From Basidiobolus meristosporus CBS 931.73 (Eukaryota; Fungi; Basidiobolomycota): a DNA stretch of 64,000 bases. Positions within the stretch are counted from its first letter, which is position 1. Every line of letters begins with the position of its first letter. Below the pieces are notes generated by a model. The model worked only from the letters and a program-made list of their open reading frames with translations, was not told the origin of the DNA and made no database searches. The position numbers were made by a program, and so were the translations under genes. Shown here one piece after another: positions 50,107 through 61,507 of the stretch. The stretch covers positions 62,001 through 126,000 of the forward strand of contig MCFE01000089.1 of assembly GCA_002104905.1 (NCBI GenBank). Reading direction: 5' to 3'.

Positions 50107-51479
50107 TTTCCAACAGAAAAGTGGTAGTTTCTGGTAGAACTTAGATTGGATTCTTGTGAGCTTTGCAGTCTCTTTACTGAAATAGTATCAATCAAAGTCA
50201 GATTACTAAGCAGTGCAAGTGTTGCAGGAGAAGTCTTATAACCTCTAAACTTGTAATTGTAGTGTGGAGATTCTGGAAAGAGAGGCTCTCTTCTATTTTT
50301 CAGCTGGGGAAGTCATATATATAAAATTTCTGAAGGATCAAAGTTTTTGGGCAACTGCGCAAGCAATACACGTGGTATAAATCTAATATTTGGCAGTGGC
50401 GCAGATTGGACATAGGCACAGCACCTGTGAGAATTTCATATTACCTGATTGGCTGGTTAAAAAGGTACACACAATTAAAGTCACCATAGTAATCCTAGCA
50501 ATAGAGACCTAGTATATATAATAATTGGACTTTTTGGTCATAACTCTTTAAGTACTGCTTCCTATGAGCTGTAATTTGAAACATGTGTTGGCTACTGCGT
50601 GTTCTCGATAACATAGTATTCTTGGGTGAATTGCCTGTCAGGGTCTGGAGTATTTGTCCTTCAAAGTTGTAAATTCTGGATCTTTCACCTGTGTGTCACA
50701 ATAGCAAAAGCAAAATAAAGAAATGAGTGCAATATTGGTTTTGAGATATTGTAGTAATGGAATACTCTCCATTACCACAGCAACTAATGGGACAAAAGTG
50801 GAACTCAGGCAATAAAGTGTGGTACAACCAAACCATTGCAGGCCTCAAGTTTCCTCACAATTTACACCTCAATTGACTGGCTCTTGCACTGGTATTAGTT
50901 TGGACCATGGGCCAAAGTACACCATCTCCCTGAACAATAAGATAATCAGCAGCGTAGCACCAGCCCATATGAAACTGTTTCATGATGATCCACCAATCAT
51001 CACTGAAACCAAAGTGTGATTAAACAATTATCAGGACAAGGATAGAGGAAGACACTGGATACATACAAAGTTTATTAGAGGAGATTTTAGTCAATATAGG
51101 TACAAATGATATGCGCAAGGAAGTTTGCCCAAAAGGGAGAACAAAAGAATGCATATGGAAAGCGCCAAAGGAAACAGTTCACCCAAAACTGGTGATACCC
51201 TCCCACCAGCAAGAACCAAGATGATATCAAAAACAAGACCAACCTGCAAGTGTTGAGAGATAAGGTACAAGTGTTACATGCAACAAGAGCTATCTATGAA
51301 GAGTTGTTTGTTGGAGCAGTCATGTTGATACAAGACACAATCAGAGAGGGATGAGACAAGTTACCCATGCCAATACAAAGTATGGAGATACTACCCAAGA
51401 AGACTGTGCACCACCTGAGAAGAGGTTCCTTGATAATTAAGGAGAAGGATGCCGTACTCATTCTCTATCCATACTGGAC

Positions 51480-52290
51480 ACAGTGAGACAGAAGATGCAA
51501 GGAATCAACTGTTGCACCCTCACAAGACCTTGGGAGCCCCCCTGTTTTGTTGCATACCTGGTATTAATATGTACAACAGTTGTTGAGGTATATGCAGACC
51601 TGGTACAAGCTGCAAGAGCACCAGAAGTAGAACTCCCAATTGAAGGACTCCTCTAAGAAGTTTGCAAACATCTTGAACTGCATTTCCAAGAAGGAACTAT
51701 CCTAGAGAAGATACACAAATAGATTAAATGCACCAGCCAGTTAACCCATGCAATTGACCAAGCTGCTGTGTTACAACTATTACAGTGGGTTACCATAGGA
51801 CAACTCAGGAACCAGTACAAAGCCCAACTCTAAGAAGCCAAAGAGACTGCAATGGACTCTGTAGAGACCATGAGGCAAGTGCAAAAGCGCCTTGATTGCA
51901 CCACAGTCTCTACAGAAGAACTACACTATGACTTGGAAGAAGCAAAAACTTGCTATTGACAACAGGTGACTGCCAACCAAGTGTATGCCTTCTTCAAAAG
52001 GTCCCCTTCTATCATATTGAACACAACAAGGACAAGCCCTGACAATATTTGCAAGCTAAAGAAGCAAGACTTTATTGTGTTATTGCATCTCTTCTTGTTC
52101 TCCAACCCTCCCAAGGATCTTACCCAGAACCCTATGGTTTGCCAATTATTTGGCACTGTGGAAACATCCCCCAAGCAACACAAGTTGCACCGCACTCTGC
52201 TGCCAAATGGTATCATGTACTTGCCCATGACCCCCTTGCAAGTGACAACCAGCAATGGTACTATGGTAACTCCCCATGCTCTATAAACAA
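51480..52290 (+). pseudogene. Degraded unidentified ORF, helical/coiled-coil-like
   Basis: One frame reads VVEVYADLVQAARAPEVELPIEGLL*EVCKHLELHFQEG...LRNQYKAQL*EAKETAMDSVETMRQVQKRL; family not recognised. Confidence 0.45.
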
Positions 52291-52563
52291 AATTGACCCT
52301 GGAGAAGCAAGTTAGTCAAAGAACTTGAAGGACAAAGCTCCCTCTTAACCCCTGGGATATATGAGTACTAAATGTAGTACCCACTCTTTGCCCAAGAGTT
52401 CTCCCCAGAGTCCTACCCAAGTCCACCAGTATCCTCCCTATGAATCCCCCACATGTCCTCCCTCCTATTCCTGCCCTTATCTGGTTAGAACACTTACCAT
52501 AACAGGAAGGTGTTCACACCCCTATTTGATAACACATTATCTATGATCAAAGCCCCCCAAGTG

Positions 52564-52581
52564 ATATATATATATATATAT
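52564..52581. repeat. (AT)9 microsatellite
   Basis: Seen directly, ~20 bp left of the CACTA TIR. Confidence 0.9.
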
Positions 52582-53081
52582 CCAATTGGACCAAGAGAGA
52601 GAACCCTATGAAAAATAATTTGGTCCCACAGCTGGATCCAATCCAGATCATCCGTCAAGATCCAGTTTGGAGACCATCACAATAACAGCAGCTTGGAATT
52701 AGTGACCCTCCTGGCAATCATATAACAAGATTATGACGGTGTTTTGCAAATTTTACAGCCAAATAAAGGAATAAAACTTGATGATTTTTTATTGGTGCTG
52801 TGACAATATTTGCATGGCATTGTTGCAGTCTTTGAGCGCTCTATTACTATTTTAAGTGGATCCTGTTGGCCAGGACTTCCAATTGCCTTATATGGCAAGA
52901 AACTTGATGGTATTTTGACGGCCTCACAGCAAGACTTTGATGGATTTTTCTTGGCAGTACAATGGCCTGATGCTGGTTCTGTATAATGCTACAATACCAA
53001 TTTACCAAATGGTATTTCCTTTTTCTACCTCCTCTTGTTCAATTCATATATTCCACTGTAGAATCACCTTTCATTATTTGC

Positions 53082-55762
53082 TTACCCACTACTCCCTTGG
53101 GTATTCCACATATAGTTCAGATCAAAAAAAAATATGGCCTCCAGCTTACTAACCTCTACAAATGTGCACACCTGCTGCAATTGACATACTTCTATTGCCT
53201 CAACTTTACGGCTTTTTAGTGTGATACTTGCAAAGTTGCCATATACCTTGTACTGCTGGTAGCATATACATCTTGCAAACATAGGCTTGGATGTTGCCAC
53301 TTCTGCCATGAATACCTCCTGAATATTGGCAAAGAACTTCTTGGTATTTAGCCAATATATTCCTTCTCCCTGCTGGATTCTAGTCCCACTTATAGGTGCA
53401 CTCCGGCTTTTGTTTGTGTGAATTCTGTATTGAATGGTGTAGAAGTTGGTTTGTGACCTCAAGAAATCCAACATATCTTGGTGGAGTTTTCTTGATAAAA
53501 ATTAGATGCTTGTTGCACCCAACCCAAATTTGCATTACTTAACTGATTACCCATGATTTGGGGCTGCTTAGCTTCTTAATGCCATAGGCATAGGTGTCTC
53601 CTTGTGCACATTTGACCTCAGTATTTTCCAACTCTTTCTGGCTGTCCTCCATGTGCCAACTCATCACATCCATGATGGACTTAAAGGTAATATTCTTGAT
53701 GAGATTGGGGTATGGTAGTACCTGCAACTTGACTTGTCTTCCTATCTCCCCACACATCTGCTCCATAGGAAACTCCCAAAAGGTGAAGCAAGGCCCCATA
53801 TTCTCCACACACCATGCAAGATGGAGTAGAGAATGGATACAGTAGCGGCAGAGAGCTACATGTTCAGCTTTATGTTCGTAGTATAGCCGCTCAAATCCTG
53901 TCACAAACTCCTTGCACAACAGCTGTAGATGTGTCAAGGCAGCATTGGTGATCTGCTTCTGGATAAATATTCCTGCAATGTCCACATATGACTCCCAATG
54001 CTTCCAATGTACTCTTGGTAGGAATAGCTTCAGAACACCACTTGAATAAATACACATCCAGTTCATCCAGTCTTTGCATTTGTATTGTCACATATGCATA
54101 TGAGTATTAATTGGAGCCAATGAGAAGTACTTAGGGTAGCAGATACTCTGTAATATCTTGCCAATTTTTTCAAATATCTCTGGTATTTCAAAGAGCTCAT
54201 TTGGCTTGAAATGCCCCATGTACAACTGGTCATGAGTATATGGATATTACTGAAAAGCAAATGCATTGCTCCCAGTGGAAAGCTTTTACTCCAACAGATA
54301 CCCTCTATCTTAAGTATCTCCAGTTTCCAATTGATTCTATATTCTGGCCAATGGCTTATAGCCTGCTAACTTTGCTGCAATTGCATGCATACTTCTGTAT
54401 GTTCTCTCTGTGAAAGATGATGTTCTTAGTGCTGGTGTTTGGGTAATAATAATGTGTGTGAGTTATGGAGTAAATCCCTTGGATCTCACACATTTGACAG
54501 CAATACCGTCCATTGTGCCCGGAAAAACCTGCTAACTTGCTGATGGCTGGGGTATCTCCAATGCAGATAATAATATGCGCTGTTACATGACAGCCATTTA
54601 CCGTTGGAGAGCATAAAAAATTCATTCAGCAATGGATACAGGTAGCTATTCAGGTTGGACGGTGATTTAGGCCCAGATACCAGTGAGACTACCATCAGAT
54701 TATTGCTCTGATGCTGTAAGATGGGCGGCAGATTAAGATTGATGAGAATCAGTGGCCAGCAGGATTTGCTGGTAGAGTACTTGTTTAATGAGAATCCATC
54801 AAGTGCTAAAGCAAAGGCATGGTCATACATACCTTCAAAGTAGCCCTTGCTTCTTAGCTGTTTGTCATGTTTGCCATCAAATATATTGGATATATTTGCG
54901 CTTGATTGATACTGAGTGTGGTGCTGTATAGCTTTGCAATATTTGTCGGACTGCATCAGCTTCCTCAGACAGGGTATGACTGGATTATATCCGGAGTGTG
55001 AACAATGTTTTCCCTCTATGGTGGTGGATTCCTGACAATTTGGACACATTGCAATGGCAGCATTTTTGAATGTGAATGCCATGAAACTGTTAGCACCTGC
55101 TGGAATCAGGACAGTCTCTGGATCATATGTTGCCAGCTGCATGATGGTTGTCTACTTGTACCATGTACATGGTAAGTTGCATCCTGGTGTGATTTTGGCA
55201 AGAAGTAGTAATAAATCCTTGAAGCCCTCATTACTGATATTAGTGGAAATGCGCCACTTCTCTAGCCATAACATTACATCATTCACCAGTAGATGGATTA
55301 CTGGGCTCACTTGGCTCCATTAAGTATCCTTGGCATTTGTTTCAGTGGGTGTTGTCTCATTGCATATAGGGATTTGACCGGGCTCATATGTGGTACTGTT
55401 GTTAGGGGAGATAGGCCCAAAATCCATCAGTGAGCCTTCTTTGTCAGAGCTATCACTCTGCATGCCTATTCAGAAGGCTGAGGTGAGCCTAAAGGCATCA
55501 CAAACTCACCTGACTTGGTTTGCACAAGGTGACAAAGACAGCCAGGTGCCAATATAGAAGTATCAACTGGCCGGCAAGATAATGTTGGTACAGTAGTGAC
55601 CAATGAATTGTCAAATATGACTTGGGTGGCAAAACACTGGCCATGATTTTTGTAGTACTTCCTATGCTGTGTGTGTGCTTCATGGCTGAGAGGCTTGCCA
55701 CAATAGCCACATGGTCTTTTTTCTCTTCTCTTATGGCGTTGAGTCAAAGTAGTCTTGTCCAT
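53082..55762 (-). pseudogene. tnp2-family (En/Spm-like) transposase, fragmented
   Basis: N-terminal CGYC...H...H finger; YDHAFALALDGF...CWPLILINLNLPP, GPKSP..YLYPLL, GDTPAISKLAGFSGHNGRYCCQMC, FWEFPMEQMCG. Confidence 0.88.
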
Positions 55763-56676
55763 GGGGCAAACAGTTTGACCTTCAACAACGTAATGCTATT
55801 ATATCACTTTTTGGTCAATACTCATGTGAACTTAAGACAGTCTTGTATTTGAGACATTGCACCTACGTGAATGTGAGATTCAATGATGACCCACCATAGT
55901 AAGCATTATAAATAAAGTTGTGGCACCATATACACATGTATATGTAACACTATTATCCCCTTTGGTTTGACTCACTTCCATATATATGCTGCCAAAAAAT
56001 ATAGCAAAGTTGTCTGGTTCTCAACCAAACCCCACCGCTGATGGCAACAGAAGAATGGTTGGACAACAGCTTGCTTTGGCATTCAGTGCAACAAGCGGGT
56101 CTACATCCAAAAAAGACCCTGTGGACAGTGTTCCCATTGAAGGTAATAATGCAGACTCCTCAGGCTCTCAGTCAAGTAGGCAATTGAGAACCTCTGTAGA
56201 GCCACAAGTTGACCATTATGCTCAGGCAGATGAGAATATAGCAAATGCAGTACCCTCTGCTGAAGATCAGTAAGTGGCCATGATAACATCACCACAACCC
56301 ATATTAGCAAGTATGTTGTCAGCTCATACCAATGTATTAATGAAGCAATTAGGTGCAGTGGCTGATAGGATATATGTAATGGCCCAGAGAAATCAGGAAG
56401 TAGCCAGAAACAGGATGAGTGGATATTTTCTTGCTGAAAAGAAGGAACTCAAGTAGTTCAGTGTCACAGCCAAGAATTGGGCCATTTCCCAATGTAACAG
56501 CAGAGGAACACTATACAGTCTTTGAAGCACAACAACAGTGCCCAAAGATAAAGCCCACAGAAAAACCTATCACAGCATGGGAGGGAGACATTGTGGTGTT
56601 TATACCAAAGCCTAAAAACCAAAAGACATTGAAAATCTGTGAAGCTGTTGAGTGCAATAATGAAGAGTGGACTAAT

Positions 56677-56887
56677 AGACTTGTTCCATTGTGCCATAGA
56701 TCATAGTGCCAGAAAGTGCTGTATATTTTGTTTTTAATTTGATATTTTAGGGTCATATGCATGTCAATTTTGATCCCAAATTGGCACTGTATGGCACCAT
56801 CTGGCACTCTGTGGCATGATCAGGCACCATCTGGCATGCTATGGCACTATTGGGCACTATGATCAGCTGGAATGATGGAACAAGTCC
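56677..56887. mobile_element. Harbinger-family MITE (211 bp)
   Basis: TIRs AGACTTGTTCCAT / ATGGAACAAGTCC; TSD AAT (56674-56676, 56888-56890); GGCAY array. Confidence 0.9.
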
Positions 56888-56904
56888 AATATACAAGAGG
56901 CCAT

Positions 56905-57974
56905 TGTGGTGGTGTATAAGTCCAAGGGCGAGATACGTCCAACACTTCTCAAGTGTTTTGTGTGTGGGGTGTTCACTGGGTGCGATAACCTCTGGCAAAA
57001 GCTTGCTAGGAATACTTGGGTTCTGTCTCTAATCTAATGTGAAGGGGAATAAAGCCACAAGCTTGTCAAGGGAAAACTATTGAGCTACAATCCCCAACTT
57101 AGTTGGCATCTTAACAAAAGTATGTGCTGGGTTCAGCGTCCTTTGAGATGACAATGTACTAAAGCTTCCAAAGTCAAAACAACTGTAAACTCCACCAGCA
57201 GGGACTTGATAAGAATGCAGCTTTGGTCAATAGTTACAAAGACAGAAAAGTATCTTTGCCTGTACAAGAACAAACTTGGGAAAGAATCAAATATAATAAA
57301 AGATACCTACTCTGAGTATTCCTCACAAGTAGTGCCTCCAAGGTCAGTTGGCTGTCAGCGCAGTTTCCTGGGAGTGTCCTGTGGTCTAGGGTTGGAAGTT
57401 CAGGTAGCAGAAGGTAGCAGTGATCACACTAATCAACAAGTTGGTATATTGATAAAAGGGATGATGACTTATTGTTGAGGGATAGCCTCCCTTATATACT
57501 TTTCTTACCGGCTAAGTGATTACTAATCATGGTGTTCCAGAAGGTTCCGGAGATCAATAGAAATCTTAATGACATCAGAATGACCTAAGAATGTTCTAAG
57601 TAGGTGCCAGAAGGTTCTAAGAGGCACAGCACATCCAACCAATCAGGAATCAGTATTCTGAAACCTGTGTAACATGGGGATACCATATATGGTATGGAAA
57701 TGGTAGGGATGGTGACACAGGCTGATCATGTGTCACGGGTACTGGCGTGGGTACTTGCCTAATACAGAAGTACTTATAGCTAGTAATCTTACATAAAGTG
57801 AGGGGTAACTTATGCAATAAGGTAAGCAGGTGTGATTGTCAACCGGCTTATGGGATAGTACTGATTGGGCAAGACAAATGGATAAAACTAAAATAAGTGT
57901 AGTAGAGATATAGGGAAGTAGAAAATAAGGGAATGAGCACATCTGTCAGTGGGTGTCACTGTCACCCCACTACA
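56905..57974 (-). mobile_element. family A solo LTR
   Basis: Reverse complement of 19202-20272 at high identity; TSD CCAT (56901-56904) / CCGT (57975-57978). Confidence 0.95.
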
Positions 57975-59779
57975 CCGTCAAAAGTCTAGCACACCATCAC
58001 CTTAAGGCCGGCATACCATGGGACCATCAGGAACTCAAGGCCAAGCAGAATGCACTTGACTTGTTCCATGGGCATTATCCTGGATTCAAATGGGCAAACA
58101 GATTTTGGGCCAGCACTGGTATGCTAAGAAAGTATCTTAAGAATAGCAGAAACTATCAAAGGCAGAAGAACAAGGGTGCCATGGCTAAAAACCAGCAGCT
58201 TCCTCAAGAGCCCATTACAAGTAGGGCCAAAAGCTCCAGACAAGCGTCAAAGAGACGTCAGGCAGCTGGAAGAGTGCCAATTAAGGACAAGCAGGCAGAT
58301 ATGGATGCACCAGCACAACATTTATCAAGTGAAAAGTGTAGTACCACTCAAGAAGTACCCAATCAAAGTAGCAGTGAAAGACCTGGCAGTGATAAAGGTA
58401 AAGGGAAAAATGTCTACACAAGCCTGAGACAGGGAGGCATGCAAAAAAACTGCAGTTCCTGCCAATTAATGCTGCTAGCCAGGAACAGACTGAATACCTC
58501 ATAGCCAAGAAGAATTACCAACAAGAAAACAGCTGTTTTTACAAGGGTTGGAAGTGCAGCCAGTTGAGCTACACTCCAGCAAGGTAGATGAGTTTGCAGA
58601 AAAAGGCAATTTGTCTACCTCAGCCTCCACATCCTCCATTGTTGACAGAGTGGAGATCCCACTGACAGACAAGGCTACAAGATCAAGAACTTAGGAGTCT
58701 AACACAATGCCTTCAATGGAATTTTGGAACATTAATAGGCACAGCAAGAGGTTGCAGCACTTCTTCATAAGCAGTGCTCAGGAAAATGCACTTAAATATT
58801 GCAAGGATTTATTGCAAAGTCTGGCAGATGAGGTGCTAGACCTTGCAGTGCTGGCTGAAGACTAGGGGATGTGGGAACCAATGAAAAAACAGTGGCATCA
58901 AGCCATTGGGTTCCTGCCAAAGCTGTGGAAGCAGAGAGCTACAGCAGAAATACTTATTAAGTGGTGGATTTTAATGGAGTTACTTGCTGAGTCAGGGGTT
59001 GGGCTTAATGTTAATTTAGGGTATAGGGACTTGTATAGGTCACTACAATTGGCAATTGAGGTACAGCTGAAGTTTCAATGGAAATAAATCAATTTGTATG
59101 CATGAAAAGTGAGGGAAACAGTTGAGTCTGGTAGTAAGGAGTGTGAAAAAGAGGCAATAGCCAATCAATGAACACAAATGTAAGAGGTGATAGAGTGTCT
59201 GGGATCAGAAAGTGAGCAAATTGGCAGGGAACCAATCATTAGCCACTGATACTGTGATGTGATGAAAAATTCTGACCAAGTTTTTTGTGAGATCTGGGGT
59301 GCAATTATTTTCAACAGTCTCTGGACAGTGTCCTGACAGGATCAGTACCTCTTAGTCACTGGACTTTAACTTTGTGACAGTCTTTTGACAGGAGCATTAC
59401 AATAATTTTTCATAGGGCATGTTCTAGGCTCCACCCAAGCCTAGCATATCTAGCATCCCCAAGCATACCAAGCCTAGCCTTCATACAAACAAACTCTGTT
59501 TCCTCCAAGCTAAACCCAGCTATACACAAGACCAATATTAGACCAGAATCTCTCTGCTAATATTTCCTCCACTCTCTGACAATTTTAAGATTCTGCCCTT
59601 AGTTGTCCTTTAGGTTCAATTAAACCATTCAAGAGTTTTATCACACATTTCTCTTGGATTTGACACACCACAAAGAGTGAATAAAGCAACTCAAGTATAA
59701 TCCTGAGAAATCAAAGTGCTAATTAGCAGGATTAACATTAATTAACTCCTACTATTGGCCAATATTACAGGCAATTAGA

Positions 59780-59930
59780 GAGCTAGGGCTATTTCAAACT
59801 TATGCATGACCATGCATTTGCCTTGATACACAATGGATTATCATTGCGCAAGTGCTTTTGTAGGAAGTTTTGTTGGCCATTGACTATTATCAGCTTGCAT
59901 CTGCCACCTAATCCCAAAGTTTCAAGTTAG
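59780..59930 (+). pseudogene. Small tnp2 transposase remnant
   Basis: Degraded copy of the GYF...HDHAFAL...CWPL..I.LHLPP block. Confidence 0.55.
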
Positions 59931-61507
59931 GTAGCACCTGTGCTCTATCTACCTTAGTCACGCATATGAACTTTTGACCTTATTCCTGCATACAATGCTA
60001 ACACAATTAGTAAGGCTCAAAAATACTGAATGCATGAAATCAGTACCTGAAATCAATGGCACTCTAAATATACCTTTGGGAGTCTATAGTATACTGCAGA
60101 AATTCATGGTACTATTCTGGTCCATGAACACTATCTGGTGGTATTATTAATTATTTGCCTTGAAGTAGAATCCATGTAAAGCACTGATTGTGCCTTCAAA
60201 TGTGGATTAACCCACTGTGCTAAATTTGAAAAGTCCTTGAGCAAGGTAAGCTTAATAACTGCCTTGGGCTCTAGGTATTAATATAGAGCAAAGCTTCTTG
60301 TGCCAATTGATACAAGCTAGTAGTAAGATTTATTTGGATTTTCAACAGATAATAGTGAAAGAGTACATTGCAAGTGTAATAGCTCCAGTGCAGTAGTAGG
60401 TGATAAATGAAAGTACAAGGTAAAAGTCAGTTGAGGTGGAAGCTTATAGGAGGAAATAGAGTGTCAGGGATTGAGCAGTAATAGTGGAGGCAGAGAAGTA
60501 CTGTAGGAAAAAATTGAGAAAAGGCCTGTAGCACACCATCATAATATTAGCTGAATTCTAAATTTTGCAAAACTGGCTACTCTAAGTATTGCAGGTACTA
60601 GCTGTTAGGCAGGCAAACTGGCATATTCTATAGGAGGAGGCTATGCCAGCCTGCATTCACACCACAATTGGCCATCTTCTGTGCAATACTGCCACAAAAA
60701 ATGCAACTGAAATAATGAGGGAAGAATACTTGATGAATGCCAGCAAAATACCATTGGAATATCAGCTGATCATCAGATGTATGTCAGATGAACTCTATGT
60801 TTGTATTTTTTGATAGGGGCAAGGATCAGAAGCTTAGAGACTATTGGGGCGGGAGATCTCAGCTAAGGCTTCCTCAGCATTCATTATGTAGTAAATACAT
60901 ATTTTGGACAACAATAATCTTACTGCAAACTGGAGCAGAGCACAGCGAGTATTAGCCAATATCAATAATGCGTGTAAACTGCTAAGGAAGTATTCATCCC
61001 GTCATATTTCCTGGCTATTGGTATATGGTTAGACCTCAGTCCCATTGCGGGCATCATGAAAGGAGCCATGGTCAGACTGTGAATTGAAAGAAAATTGGGG
61101 CAGTATTTATTGGTGGAATTCGCACCATCTCAACCAGGTTTGTCATGGCTGATCAACACACTTGCTTATATCCACCAATTCTGAATGATTATTCTCGATA
61201 TCCTTGCTAATTGCGTTGAGCATCTAGATGCTGCGCTGTTAATTCTTTGATGTTTATATTTAGGCCATCGTGAACTGCTGGGTTTGTACGCAGTTTGACA
61301 GTAGCATGCATCAGTATCTCCATTTGCAACGTTTGGTTTATTGGACAACTATAAAGGGCCCAACACACGAGTATAATATGGCATCTTGAACAGAAGGTAA
61401 TATTCACTTGGGACTAGAATACCAACAACGGACTACTAAGGAATTCTGACTAATGAAACGGGATCAAATAATGTTGGCGTGGTATTCACGCGGCAACCTA
61501 TGTTTAA

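Larger units (their letters stand above)
42351..50320 (-). mobile_element. Degraded Ty3/gypsy element E related to family A, interrupted by copia D
   Basis: Protease VFDSGSEINA (43883-44284); RT (43259-43570) similar to A1; gag fragments 45105-45400 continue at 49186. LTRs not identified and the 5' boundary is approximate. Confidence 0.7.
55986..58740 (+). pseudogene. CACTA ORF2 (accessory protein) interrupted by a MITE and a solo LTR
   Basis: Removing both inserts and one copy of each TSD gives the continuous frame NNEEWTNIQEAVKSLAHHHLKAGIPWDHQELKAKQ; 3' end approximate. Confidence 0.7.
52604..59417. mobile_element. CMC/CACTA element with both ends (~5.5 kb without inserts)
   Basis: Left TIR CCCTATGAAAAATAATT, right TIR AATAATTTTTCATAGGG; subterminal TGACRG motifs; divergent transposase and ORF2. 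Flanks GAA/CAT give no TSD. Confidence 0.8.

Noticed and set aside
50750-50790. Hairpin TGTAGTAATGG...CCATTACCACA followed by CTAA as a Helitron 3' end
   Set aside because: Spacing to CTRR is too short, and no Rep/helicase or 5' TC end was found.
56781-56860. GGCAY array as a CRISPR-like repeat-spacer locus
   Set aside because: The period is 10 bp with no real spacers, there are no cas genes, and it lies inside a MITE with TIRs and TSD in eukaryotic DNA.
58058-58069. GACTTGTTCCAT resembling the MITE TIR
   Set aside because: There is no partner TIR or TSD, and it is in-frame coding sequence (DLFH) of CACTA ORF2.
52601-59420. TSD for the CACTA element
   Set aside because: Flanks GAA and CAT (and AGA at 39792) do not match, so pairing of the two TIRs is not proven.
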